A stretch of DNA of 64,000 nt from Hydrolagus colliei (lineage: Eukaryota). Location of the stretch: positions 15,128,001 to 15,192,000 of the forward strand of contig CM068744.1 in the NCBI GenBank assembly GCA_035084275.1. The letters run 5' to 3'. Under the pieces are notes generated by a model that did no database searches, was not told the DNA's origin, and worked only from the letters and a program-made list of their open reading frames with translations. Shown here piece after piece: positions 36,770 to 49,335 of the stretch (position 1 is the first letter of the stretch; every line of letters begins with the position of its first letter). The translations under genes and the position numbers were made by a program.

Positions 36770-37361
36770 ACAACAACTACAACAAAATTACATTTATAGA
36801 GCGCATTTCATGTAGAGAGGACATCCCAAGGCGCTGAACAATCAGGACGGGACCCGAGCAAGAGAGAGGGGCAAGGTAGGGGGAAGGGTCGGGAGAGAGT
36901 TAGGAGGTGGGGAGAGAGTTGGGAGGACAGCAGAAAGTCAAAGAAGAAGGTCTTGAGACCGGCCTTGAAGGAGGCGAAGGAGGGAGCAAAGCAAATGGAA
37001 AGTGGGATGGAGTTCCAGAGTGTGCGGGTAGAGAGGCTGAAAGCCCGTCTGCCGATGGTAGGGCGGGTCGGGTGATGGGACATGGAGCAAGCCGGAGTCC
37101 ACTGATCGGAGGGGGTGGGGAGATTGACAGTAGGTCGGAGAGGTGGAGAGGGGCAAGACCGTGAATGGCCTTGAAGGTGAGGACGAGGATCTTGAATTCG
37201 ATCCTCTGGGGGATGGGGAGCCAAAGGAGCTGGGCGAGGGTTCGAGTGATGTGGTCGCAGAGCTAAGTGCGGATGAGGACACGAGCTGCAGAGTTCTGGA
37301 TGATCTACAGCTTGTGAAGGAAAAAACCAGGAAGGCCAATGAGGAGGGAATTTCCATAGTC
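36770..37361 (-). mobile_element. L2 3' fragment (type A)
   Basis: PTIGRRAFSLSTRTLWNSIP...FKAGLKTFFF and tail. Confidence 0.92.
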
Positions 37362-37464
37362 GTAACACTACAATTACCAATGTTTGGTGTGGATTAACAT
37401 TCCTCACTTAATATACACAATAATACACAATTTTTAAGGAACAGCGGAAAAAGTAGGTCATGGG

Positions 37465-38614
37465 TTAAGTGATGGCATCTGACAAAGCCGTACAATCAGT
37501 TCTTGACTGAACGTTATCGCAAGGTAACCTACTTTTTATTTTGGGTGCCAATACTGGTAAGAGTATCCATTTAAAATCACTGTCCTCACATTCCGGATGG
37601 CTTATAGTGAATAGGTCCCACTGAGTAGTCAGTCGAATCAGGCAGCTTCCCAAAGTCACTGTTCCCAATTCTTTTACCAGATATTCAACCTCCTCATATG
37701 TCAATTGTTGAGACGTGATTCGTACATTCACAATCGGCCCCATATCCTATCATTGGGTATATTCGATCCCCTCGTTGTGCATCTGGTCACTACCTCTACT
37801 CGACCAGGGGGGTCCCTCGTCCCTGTGATACCTAGCAGTCTTCTTGTCTAAGCATCAACATAACCATCTCCATTAGACCCTGCCTGCCCAGGGTACATTC
37901 CCCCGATAACTGCCTCAGCCAATGCACTGTTACATCTCAATTGTTGCTTTAACTTTTTAATCTCCCACTGACATTGACTATCATTAATTGGTCCTGTTTC
38001 TGGTTGGCGCACGCTCGTAAGGCTCCCCTTGCATCTTCCAACCACTTTCTCAGTTGGGCATTCTCTCCTGATAATTTCTCCACTAATTGTCTCTGTTTTA
38101 AGCTGCCTACCCTTTCTGCAGTTGCTAAATTAACCATACCCTATTGGTTATCTACCGGAGCGCCCAGCTCTCTCATTCGGCACTGACTATACAATTTTTC
38201 TTCTATCTTATATTTTTCAGCCTCATGGTTTTCTCTTTCTAGTATTTATTTCTACTTTCCTGTTGAGCTCTCCTGTATTCTTCTGAGCCTGTTTTAGTTT
38301 ATCCTCTGCCTGTTTCAAACTATCGGCTAAATCTCGCAATTTGTCTTCATTGCATATACATCCTCCCCACATGGCATACTTCACAATGCCATGGCACGAT
38401 CGTCCTAGACAACTTTCCCTGTTACTATGTGGTCTTCTTTCCAGGCTAAATGCTGTTGGAATGTCAGAATGGACCCTTCCCATTCCGCTTCCTTTTCTAC
38501 CATCAACTTGTAGGTCTCTTTGGGGATTTTTTCTTCATAAGCCATAATCTTTTGTTTAAACCGCCCTCACAGTTTAGGTTCCTTCATTTGGTCCTCTGTC
38601 AAATATTTAGCCAT
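37465..38614 (-). pseudogene. gag-like ORF remnant with stops and frameshifts
   Basis: MAKYLTEDQMKEPKL*GRFKQKIMAYEEKIPKE..., coiled-coil segments (DKLRDLADSLKQAEDKLKQAQK; NAQLRKWLEDARGALRA; CQWEIKKLKQQL), then a helical block QQLTYEEVEYLVKELG...ILLPVLAPKIKSRLP. Track ORFs 38223, 37949, 37848 and 37465 tile one strand. Confidence 0.6.
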
Positions 38615-38671
38615 ATTCACAATAAACTGTCACTATTTGTCTAGTTGTTACTCAAATTAGTTGCTTGACTG

Positions 38672-38689
38672 GTCCTGTAGTGATCACCA
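38672..38689 (-). promoter_or_regulatory. Primer-binding-site-like sequence (tRNA-Arg-like)
   Basis: TGGTGATCACTACAGGAC starts with TGG (complement of tRNA CCA) and resembles my recollection of tRNA-Arg PBS sequences (TGGCGACC(G/A)CG..(A/G)GGAC), allowing for CpG decay. Confidence 0.55.
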
Positions 38690-38692
38690 ATT

Positions 38693-39105
38693 TATTGGGA
38701 TTTCCGATCCCCGAGGTTCGAAACAAATAACCAGACAATCCGATATGGTGCAACATAATTTTATTAACAACAACACAAACAGTTATATACTTATTATACA
38801 TATTGATTTACTTATTAAACATAAAATAAATAATTCCCTCCTCACCGGCCTAATAATTCAACTAAACCTAACACATGGGTGATATTGCTTATTCTCCCTT
38901 GCAGAATATACTAGGTGGCATCTGTGTTCAATCCTTACTAAATGAATGCAAGTTTCTATAAGTAGGTGTAACTTGATTATTTAGTTCTTCCACACAACAG
39001 GTACTACTAATTGCTATTTAAATTAAAGGGAATTGGGAAGTTTCCACTCTCAGTCTTTTATTCTAAGCAGTCTGTGATTTAGGCTCAACCTGTTTGTGTA
39101 TTTCA
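38693..39105 (-). repeat. Putative 5' LTR (~410 bp)
   Basis: Starts TGAAATACAC; polyA signal lies about 65 nt before the end; the PBS-like site follows within a few nt. No second copy in the window, so the boundaries are inferred. Confidence 0.55.
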
Positions 39106-39567
39106 CCCGCACCAAACTTCGCTCCCCCATTAACCCAGTCCTTGTCAGACTTCACTGACTCCCTAGCCCCGAGAGGATTGACTTCAATATCCTCCCCCTT
39201 GTTTTCAAATCCCTCCACTCCTCTGCAAACCCCCTACCTCTCTGACCTCCTCTCTCCTCAAACCAGCTCCCATTGCCTTCGCTCCACTGGGTCTGGCCTC
39301 CTCCATGTCCCCCGAATCCTCTGTTCCACCCTCGGCGGCCGTGCCTTTAGCCACTATGTCCCGAGGCTCTGGAATTCTCTCCTCACTACCTTCACCTTGC
39401 CCCCTCTTTTTTCAGTTTCAGGTCCCAGCTGAAGACCTTTCTCTTCGACCGCACCTTTGGTCACCTTTCTACCCCTGCCCCTGGCTCGGTCCCGGGATCC
39501 GCTATTGTGAAGTGTTCTGAGATGCCGTCCGGCGTGGAGGACGTTATATAAATTGATGTTGTTGTTG
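39106..39567 (+). mobile_element. L2 3' fragment (type B)
   Basis: PYLSDLLSPQTSSHCLRSTGSGLLHVPRILCSTLGGRAFSH and type B tail. Confidence 0.92.
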
Positions 39568-39599
39568 TATTCCCTCCTTCTTTGATTTATATCATTGCC

Positions 39600-40400
39600 A
39601 AGCAGGTCTTCAGCCTCTCTGCCCCCACCCTCTGGAATTCCATCCAACAGTCCTTCTGCCTCGCCCAATTCCTTTTCTCTTTCAAGCCTTGTCTCAAAAC
39701 CCTCTTTTTCGAAGTTGTCATTGATCACCCCCTCCCTTCCATCTTCCCTGATTCCAAACCCCAGTTTGGGTCTGTATATGGGACAATTGGCTACCGCATT
39801 TCACCCATAAATATACAGTCAATTCGCTTTACAGTATATTCTGTGAAGCACTTTGAGACGTTTAGAAGATGTGAAAAGCACTATATCAAATATCCTTATA
39901 TTTGGATACCAAATATCCAAGTATAAGGATCATTATTATTATTATCCTCCCAACATGATAGGCGCTATACAAATATAATTTTGTTATTGTTCTCCAAACC
40001 CCTGGAGATAACTTTTTCCACATCGACCTGTTTGCTCCTTCCGCTCAGCAGAGAGAGCTCCATGTCCCTTGCTTGACCCACCCCAACATTACCGTCTGCA
40101 TTCCCTTTGGCACTCCATCCCACAATCCTTTTTCCTTGCTTTCCTCTTACCTCCTCTCCTTCAGGGCCCGTTTCAAGACCCTTTTCTTCGAACATGCCTT
40201 CGGTCACCCTCTTACCCATTCATCCACCCCTCCTGATCCCAAACCCCAGCAATCTTCGGATAAAACTTATCATTCTTCTCATGGTTGGTTGTGTGACATT
40301 GTTGTGCATGGATTGGCTGCCACATTGGGCTACAAATAATAATGATAAAATCCTTGCATTTTATATTGTGCTTTATCACATAGTTGAAACATCTTAAAGC
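39600..40400. mobile_element. Mosaic of L2 and SINE-tail fragments
   Basis: FSLSAPTLWNSI (39600-39770), SINE tail (39775-39945), L2 piece (40030-40255), further SINE pieces. Confidence 0.7.
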
Positions 40401-41033
40401 AATTCACACAATTTTTATGTAATGTGCAGTGACAGTCACTGTATGAAGTTAAATATTATAGATGCAATATCAACTGGAAGGATTATTTATTCATAAAGAA
40501 ACAGAGCACAGTACATGAATACAAGCAACAGAACAAGACAGACATAGGGCGAAACAAATCAACTAGAAAATCACAAAATGTCAAAAAAACACATTCAATG
40601 ATAGCATCCCATGGACTAACATGGTAGAATACTGTTGTACTAAACTGCAAACATTGAAACTCAACAGTTTGGAAGTAGAAACCACATATCTATGGAAAAC
40701 ATATACAAATGAGTCTTTCAAACTAGTCCTGGAACAACAATTCATGACTAAATATAATTAAACCATATGCCGCGTGTATGCATCAGAGGTTTAAATCTCA
40801 TCATCCAAAAATGCTGGTGTGTAATGGAAGTTTGTTTTCCAATTGTGGTCAGACAGTTTACTGAAATCCAGTTAAACAAAAAGGTGAAGTGGTAATCTGA
40901 AATATCTGAAATATTCCAGAAGATTTTATTTTTAACCACACCAGAGACATACATGAGGTACAATTCCAATTAATCATGTTTCAGTCATTATACCGTGAGG
41001 CATTTGCTGATGTTTCAATGAAATCTGTAGCAT

Positions 41034-41099
41034 CCCTTGTAAAAAAGTACCATGGTAATGGTGGTAGTACCAATACCATGGTACTTTTTTTTACAAGGG
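41034..41099. mobile_element. 66-bp palindromic MITE-like element
   Basis: CCCTTGTAAAAAAGTACCATGGTA...TACCATGGTACTTTTTTTTACAAGGG, flanked by AT on both sides. Confidence 0.72.
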
Positions 41100-41479
41100 A
41101 TTACATTAAATCCCAATATGAAAATGGTTGTGTGTCATAAAATCCTGTGTTGTTTGAAACTCTGAACAATCCATAAATCATTTGACCTCCATAAATGGTG
41201 AAACATTTTCAGCTGGAATTCTCTGATCACAACAGTATTTATTTAGTTCAGCTGAGAACAGAAGCACCATTCATGTGCCTCTCCCCTTGAAATAGTATGG
41301 ACTGAATCCAGTCAATGATGACAGCTTGGCCAGTTTAAGTGAAACAGGTTGCCATAAAGTCTGTAGTTCTGAAATCGTGAGTGAAATGTATAAAATGCTT
41401 TTTTGTACAATTAAACTAAATTCAATGAAAAGCTCAAGTAGGGGAAAGAAACACTGCAGTGAGTACACCAGTGAATGCA

Positions 41480-41782
41480 TATAATAATAATCCTTGTATT
41501 TGGTATAGTGCTTTTCACATATTCTAGACTTCACAAACTGCTTCACAGAATATACTGTAAAGTTAATTGACTGTATATTTGTGGGTGAAACACAGCAGTG
41601 AATTGCGCTCAGCAATTAAGTGAAACAGTTGTTGATTGAATGTTATTATTGCTTTTTTTTCCTGAGAGATTATTTTCAGGCATGCTGAGTAAAGAAACTT
41701 GTCCAAGGTTTTGCCCTGCTGGGAATTGAACCCAGATCTCTCGCTTGTGAGGCAAGTGCTCTAATCATTGAGCTATTGGACT
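41480..41782 (-). mobile_element. tRNA-derived SINE
   Basis: Reverse complement of head, body and tail. Confidence 0.88.
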
Positions 41783-43056
41783 GCCCAATGTCTTTAATTC
41801 ATAAGAGTTGTTGACAATTTCTGCTAAAACTTTAAATTACAGCAACATAATTTTAGATCAAAGAGCCATTTTTATTCGGCATTTTTTCCGATAGTTTAGC
41901 TACAAATCAACACAAGCAAATATTATAAATAGTTGACAGAAATCAGATTTGATTCATAAAGTGGAAGTGTAAAATGGCTAAACTAAAAATATAATGTCTC
42001 ATCCTATTGCTTTGTGCAATAAGGGTTATTAAGTCCAATAAGTACAGTTCTGAAAATGGTTAAAATATATTCTACCTTATTCCAACCATATTGTTTTCTC
42101 AAAGTTTGTGTGAAGTTTCACAGCTTTTACAGAGGGCATTTTTAATGGGCTTATTTTACTGCTTCTATTGGAATTATACGGCACAAAAGGAGGCCATTCG
42201 GCCCATCTAGTCGTATATTATAAAATATTTATATCTTTCATCACAGTATCTTTAAAAGGCAATGATAATGAACTTTCAAATTATCTACAGTAATATAAAT
42301 TGAAGCCAACTCAAATATATGGCACATAGTTTAAATAATCAATCTTATAAACCATTATTGGGAAAGGGGTAAGAATACTGCGAGGCATCAAAAGATTCTT
42401 GTTCCCCTCATTAATCCTTATGTATTACAAAGTGTATGTTACCCCTTTAAGTGCTTTATTTTGGTAGCAGCTTACAGCACAAAACATATTTTTCCTGTTT
42501 CGCAATTAATATTTGTACAAATAATATACTGGATAATTAACATGAATGCAAGCCAGAATTCATTTCTGTTTTAATATGTAATATTCTATATATAAATGAT
42601 AAATGGTTTTCCTTTTTTGGTAATAGTGGACAATGTGTTGATCTAAAAATTGGGGGAGGAAACTATTTAACACCTAATTTGAGTTCTTATTTCTTGCCAA
42701 AGAGTTGCTACAGTGAACGCCTACCTCACAGGCATATAACATTAACCAGCTTCAAATATTTCAGTGTATGATTTCATAAGGACTTAAGGTTTAAGTGTAG
42801 AATCTCTACAAATTAAAGGAAGGGTAATGTGGAAATGTAAAATTGCTAAACTCAAAATATAATGCAAACTCTTATAGTATTGCGTAATAAGGGTATGACA
42901 CCAATCAGAATGTTTCTCCATATTTGCTCATCTTCAGTGAATTGTTTACTATGATGGAAACATTACACAAGACAACTTTGTTAAAGTTTTCACATTTGTG
43001 GAAGGCAGACTTACCAGTTGAACGTAATCAATACAGTATTGTAATTACACTACAGT

Positions 43057-43380
43057 GGAGACCTGTAGCTCAGTGGTTAGAGCACTAGCCTTACAAATGA
43101 GTGACCTGGGATCATTTCCAGGTAGGGCAAAAAAGGTTCATGACTGGCTTTGTGAGGTGTAGAGTACAGCCTTGGATGTTGATGCTGACAGCGCCCGATG
43201 TGCGGAGGCGCTGGGTGAGCCAATCAGGAGGGCCTCGGTCTTGCTCACTTTCAAATACAGTCACTACACTTCACAGCAAACTGTAAAGTGGCTTAATAAA
43301 ACATGAAACATCCCAAACTTTCAGCAGGCATTAAACCGTGATTTGGCACCATATCAAATGCAAAGATTATTATTATTGTC
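43057..43380 (+). mobile_element. SINE head, antisense L2 piece and SINE tail
   Basis: Head 43057-43132; L2-like gagccaatcaggagggcctcggtcttg (43135-43250); tail up to 43378. Confidence 0.65.
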
Positions 43381-43861
43381 ATTATTCTCTGATCAACTTG
43401 CCAGTAGCAAAATCAGGCATAATTTATTCAGATCTCATTCTCTTTCCCTTCTCCCTTTCTGCTTCCTCATACCATCTGTCTTTTTTTCCTACTCTTTCTT
43501 CCTTCCATTTCTTCCATAGTAAAAGCCCATGTATAATTACAGAATGTGAGCAGCCCAAAGTATTATGCTGGACTGAGAACAGGATTATTATTTTAAGTAA
43601 TAAATATATTTCTTCAAGCATTATGTACCATGTTCATGAGGACAATAAATGATCTGCTCTAAACTTTTCCGTTTATGTTCTCACTATAATCCAGTAAATT
43701 GCAATAAATCTAGGAGAAGATGCTTTATGGAAACCAAAATTTGAGTGTAAACTGTAAACAACCCTGAAATGGCCTTCATTTGACCTGCTTTACTGAATAT
43801 AACTTGAAAAATTACATTTGTTTTTTTAATTTTAAGCCTTTGTGCACTTTTAAATCATTGT

Positions 43862-43978
43862 GGACATCTGTAGTTCGGTGGTTAGAGCACTCACCTTATA
43901 AGTGAGAGACCAGAGTTCAATTCCAAGTAGGGCGAACCCTTGGGCAAATTTAATATATCAAATGCAAGGATTATTATT
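43862..43978 (+). mobile_element. Internally deleted SINE (head fused to terminal tail)
   Basis: ...ccttgggcaaattt joins directly to atatatcaaatgcaaggattattatt. Confidence 0.78.
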
Positions 43979-44719
43979 CCTAAAATTGTTCTGTAAGTAA
44001 TTATTTGGAATTCTCTGCTGACTAATTAAAATTCATCAGTTTTGCGGATCTATAATGATCTACAGTATTATCTTTAAACATCTACTGCCATGCTTGTTTC
44101 CTGAGAAATCAAGCACGGCAGGAATATTGAACAGCAACAATAGGTCTTGGTATTGTTTTCACTCTCATCTACTGAAGTGGCTTTACCTGTTTCCAGCACA
44201 TTGTAGTGTTGTTGGCTTGGTGACCCAAGCTTTCAGCTGGTCTGACCTGTTGCTCTGCTTCCTGTTTACCACTTATGTCCTGTTTCAATACATTGTATTT
44301 CTCACGTTATTCTAGGCATCCATTGATCACATAACATCCTGTGCTGGAAACATCGTCAACTCACATCCCTTATGCAGTACAACATGTTGTGAGATCTTTT
44401 GGAAGGATTTTCCCACAAGAAATACTCACAACCAAAGGAGCATGTAATTGACACTTCTGGGTCACAGAGGATGTCCAAGAATAGAGGAAGGGGACCATCC
44501 AAACAAGCAAAGATGTTCAAAACTGGTTCCCAGGGCTATTGCTCAGAATATTTTGGGTAACTTTAACCCTCGATTCTACAATTCAAATTTACAAAGGTGA
44601 TTTTCCAGGGTCTTGAGACATCCGCCCAATGTGAAAGGCGCTATAGAAACGTAATGTTGTTGTTGATCAAAACATAATTTAAGTGCTTTTATTGTTTATC
44701 TCAAATTTTCAAATAAAGA

Positions 44720-44960
44720 TAATGATAATCATCCTTGCATTTGATATTGCATCTAATCATGTCATTGAGATGTCTCAAATCACTTCATAGAATATACTGT
44801 AAAGTGAATTGACTGTATATTTTGTGAACGTAACGCAGCAGCCAATTGCAGTGTCCCACAAACAATGGTAGATTGAGTGACCAGATAATTTATTTACAGT
44901 ACTTACTTATATTTTGAAGGGATTATTACCCTGGAAAGCAATCCAACAAACTGATCTGTT
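44720..44960 (-). mobile_element. SINE body and tail
   Basis: atccttgcatttgatat...gcagccaattgcagtgtcccacaaaca. Confidence 0.8.
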
Positions 44961-45299
44961 AGATGGAACGCTGCGAGCAATCTCACCAGAAAACCCCATC
45001 ACTTTATATAAAACAAGATATTCATTCTTAGTTGGACTCGCAGGCATTATGCAATATACCGTACCCATTTTGATACTGTTCTTTGTTACTGAATTAGAAA
45101 TGTAGTCACATTTTTTTTAAAATTCTCCTCTTAAAAATTGCACTGTAATGCAGTGTTAAGAATTGTGATGTGATAATTATTGTTGGTAAACTTGTCAATC
45201 TGGTCAATAACCAATGATAGGTCATGCTGATGACCATTCCTCCATCCCAAACTTACCGTACCCTCATCACACAAATTTGGCACAATTTTTGGACCCCAA

Positions 45300-45720
45300 A
45301 ACAACTAGAGATGGAGATTAATGAAGACGTCACCCAAGGCATTAAAGGGTAGAGAGAGGATATTGCATAAATGGATGGGACAGATGAATCTCGTATATTT
45401 GGAAAGACTGGATATCCAGGAGTTTTGGAGGAAGTGGACAATCTTATTAACAGGGTGCACATTGTAGTGTACACTGGGGTTATCAGCAGTGCCAGAGGAT
45501 TGGGAGAGCCTGTGACACTCTTGGGAATTTCAGTGATGCGAAGATGTTGGAGGGAGTTTCAGAAGTATATGGAGAATAGCAGAGATTTGGAGATTCTGGT
45601 GAGCAGGAGGCCCAGAGTCATACAGGAAATAGTAGGAGGGAACTTGGATATGTGCGATGAGCAGGAAATTAGACGATGAGATCTTGAATGGACAGAGAAC
45701 TTCGCAATAAGATCTTGGAA
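45300..45720 (+). mobile_element. Possible ancient CR1-like ORF2 fragment
   Basis: Purine-rich; ...KTGYPGVLEEVDNLI... weakly resembles the CR1 PDGIYPRVLKE motif. Confidence 0.3.
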
Positions 45721-46024
45721 ACATGAAGGAGGTGTGGGATAGAGACATATAGTTTATCTTCCCAATCAACGTCAATTACAATGTGTTAAAAAAAAACTTT
45801 AATAATGATTCAGTTGGAAAATGTACCGTTCAGGTTGCCATATAAACTTGGTAGATCCTACATATGACCTCTATGGTCTGCAATGTTAGCTGATCTCAGC
45901 CTCGGTACTTAATAATAAATCTCATAAATATGTTAATTATCATTTCAACTGTGCATCTGGTTAATTTACTTGAAAAGAAATACAGGCATTAACAACTTTC
46001 TAATTTGTCATCATGGGCACTGCT

Positions 46025-46662
46025 TGGACATACATTTGTCACCCCAAGGCTTGACTACAGCAGCTCCCTTCTTGTCGGCCTCCCAAACTCTTCCTTCCAC
46101 AAGCTGTGGATCATCCAAAAATCTGAAGCTTGTGTCCTCTCCTGCACGAGACTCTGTGACCCCATCACCCCCACCCTCGCCCGCCTCCACTGACTCCCTA
46201 TTCCTCAGGGTTAAATTCAATATCCTTGTCCTTACTTTGAAGGTCCTCCACGATCTTGTCCCCTCCTATCTCTCTGACCTGCTGAACCCCTATCAACCTC
46301 TGCTCCCTCCATTCGGCAGCCACTAGCCTCTTCCATGTCTCCCTGCTGATGTGCCCTACCATCGGTGGACACGTTTTCAGCCTCTCTGCCTCTATATATG
46401 GTACTCCATCCGACATCTTTTTGCCTTGCTCCCTGCCTTGCCTCCTTCAAGACCAGTCTGAAGACCATCCTCTTCAACCATGCCTTCAGTCACCCTCCTA
46501 CCTTTCTGACCTCCCTCATCCCAACCCTGCAACCACCCATCTAACCCCGTGCCCCCACCCCCCACCCACATGCTCAGTTCCTGATGCTGACTGTTCAGCA
46601 TCGTGGGACATCCTACCGATGTGAAATACACTCTATAAGTGCGATTTTGTTGTTGTTGTTGT
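46025..46662 (+). mobile_element. L2 3' fragment
   Basis: HTFVTPRLDYSSSLLVGLP...DPITPTLARLH; type A tail. Confidence 0.9.
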
Positions 46663-48789
46663 TGATGCTCATCCTCCCACAGATCACGCCTTTGGGAGAG
46701 GTGTGGATGGTATGAGACACAGGCTTTTCCACAATTACCATCAACTTGATGTAGTAATTTCCAGCGCCTTGTGAAGTTCTCCCGACATGAAAGACGTTAT
46801 ACAAATGTAATTTTGTTGTTGTTCTTGTAATCCAGCAGAATACAGTATTCAACCAGACCAAGTCAGTTTCTATTGTTCCTTCCAACAGTGGCCTTTTGCG
46901 CTGCTCCATCTAGCAAAATGAATGGGTGTTAGATCAACCAAGGCAGGAAAGTTCATAAGGAACTTTATGCTTTGATGCAAACTTTTGACTTTCTGAATGC
47001 AAGTCAATGTAACAGGCTAATCTGCTGAACTATAATGAAGGTTTTATACTCATTAAGTGTAATTTATTGTGCTAAAGATTAAAAAGCCAGTATTCAATGC
47101 ACAATTAAAAAAAAGTACTGCAGTGATTAAGTCACAAGACATTAATAATGGAGTAGGACCTGGTACACAATGCTAACCAACAATGGCACAAACACAGATA
47201 TCAAATGAGGGAAAAGCTCAGAAACAAACATATCATCTACAGGGAGATCATCAGTGAGTTCATGCACTAATCTAATCAAAGCTTCAGATGACCTTTCAAA
47301 AACTTGTGACAGGATATGAAGAACTGGATTAGATTACCTAGAAGAAAATAATTGACAGTTGAAATGAATGCAAGGCCATAATCTGATCCAGGGATAACAT
47401 AGATGTCAGCCTGACTCAGTTGATAGGACTCTCACTTCTAAATCACTCCGGGACGCTCCTTATACAGGGGTCGCATTGACCCTCTCCTCTCATGTTCTTT
47501 ATTTGTCAGTAGAAGCATTGAATTAAAAAACTTTTAAAAATCCTGCTGTTTCAAATCTCTGAGTCTTGGGGTGACAGCTGATTGATGATGTTATCTGAAG
47601 TCCGAGTTTGTAGAACACCAACAAACAACCAGTGACTATCCTCCCTTGAAGAGAGTAGGTAAGCAGGGTGCTCCTTGGATCTGAACTGGTCATATGTTTG
47701 GTAACGGAATGCAGGATTTGAGCCAGTCCTCTGTGGCGGACTCAATGAGCAGGCTGGTTCACTGTACTCCAGGGCACTGCTGATGATAACACAGCCAGAC
47801 TTGCCCATCTGGAGTAATTTGAACCTCCACTCAGCTCCTCTTAACCCTAGCAAGTAGTGTAGTCCTAGCTGGATAAGCAGCGGGAATGCTTGCCAGACGG
47901 TTCTATCAATGGCAAACTATGCATAGGTGGGAGTTCCCATGTATGTGGAACTCTATTTGGTTTGGATCTTTTTAAGCACGGCGAAGGGTTCCTATGTATG
48001 TCCGACACCCAGCTGACCAAACAAAACATTTTGTTTCATATTATATATTGTCAGTAAGTATGCATTGTATGATGCATTGTGATAATTATCCTATCACAAA
48101 CTGGATACTCCTCCCCCCAGCTTATTACAATACATCTTATTGATATCATGTTCCTGATAGTGTCTGAAGCAAGTGTATCATCTTAATAATCTGCCACAAA
48201 TTCTATTTAAAGAAATAAGCTTGCAAAAAAATGAGGCATTGTATTTGCCAATAGTCTGCCATCCATAATTACCATTCCAATGATCACAACTTAAATTTGT
48301 TACCAAACATGTGGTAGTTTCGTTTATTGCAGGTCCTGGATCCTCCAATGAGAATCTCTGTGAGCTATAAATAATCAGCATTTTACTGCAATATGTATCC
48401 TGGAAAATGATTCATTTAATACAGCCACTCCATTTATTTGGTTGTTGGCACATGTAATGGGACAAATAGGAAATGCCTGACCTGTTCAGGAATCAGGTTT
48501 CCATCTATAATTACTTTCTTTCCAGAGCTTTCTTTTTAACATGGGGGCAAATTACAAAATGTATTTATTGCTTGTCATTTCTATACAAACCAAGGAAACG
48601 TTGATGCTGTTGATGCTGCAGAAAGCTGTACAATCGAGTCGTACCAAAAGCTTCCAGAGAAAGAGCTTAACTCGCTTGATTGCAGTTTCACGGGTTTGCA
48701 GGTTTAAGTCCCATTAAACTCACAGTCTGGCATGTCAATGCATTGTGGAAAGTGTATGAACATCCAAGGTGTTGTCCTTTGGATGTAAC

Positions 48790-49335
48790 ATTGAGGCAAG
48801 GTCTCCTCTGCGCATTCTAGTCTCATCTGTGCACTCTGCAGCCCATGTCCTCTCCCACAGTTAGCTCTGTGACCATATCAACTCCATCCAGGCCCAACTC
48901 CACTAACTTCCCATCATAAAGAAGATACACTTAAAGATCCTGGTCGTCACCTTCAATGCCCTCCATGGTCTTCCTTCCCCCCCTACCTCTGCGACCTCCT
49001 AACCTCCTACTAACCTGCCCATTCCCTCCACTCAGCAGGCTCCAGCCTGCTTCATGTTCTCCACTTTGGCTACCCCACCGATAGTGGGTGGGCCTTCAGC
49101 CACTCTACCCCCACTCTCTTGAACTCCATCCCTCAGTCCCTCCACCTCGCCCCATCCAATGTCTCCTTCAAGACCCACCTCAAGGCCCTCTTCAACCTAC
49201 TTTCGATCAACTCCTTGCACTCCACACCCCCAATCCCGATCCCCAGGCCCAGCCTAAAATACTGTATGTGCAGCGCCATGAGACATCTTCCTGATGTGAA
49301 TGGTGCTATACAAATTAAATTTTGTTGTTGTTGTT
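48790..49335 (+). mobile_element. L2 3' fragment
   Basis: NSIPQSLHLAPSNVSFKTHLKAL and tail. Confidence 0.82.

Larger units (their letters stand above)
37362..39105 (-). mobile_element. Degraded LTR retroelement or ERV-like remnant (5' LTR, PBS, gag-like region)
   Basis: On the minus strand: TG start at about 39105, AATAAA at 38765-38760, PBS-like TGGTGATCACTACAGGAC at 38689-38672, ATG at 38614, then an A/G-rich broken reading frame. Confidence 0.68.
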
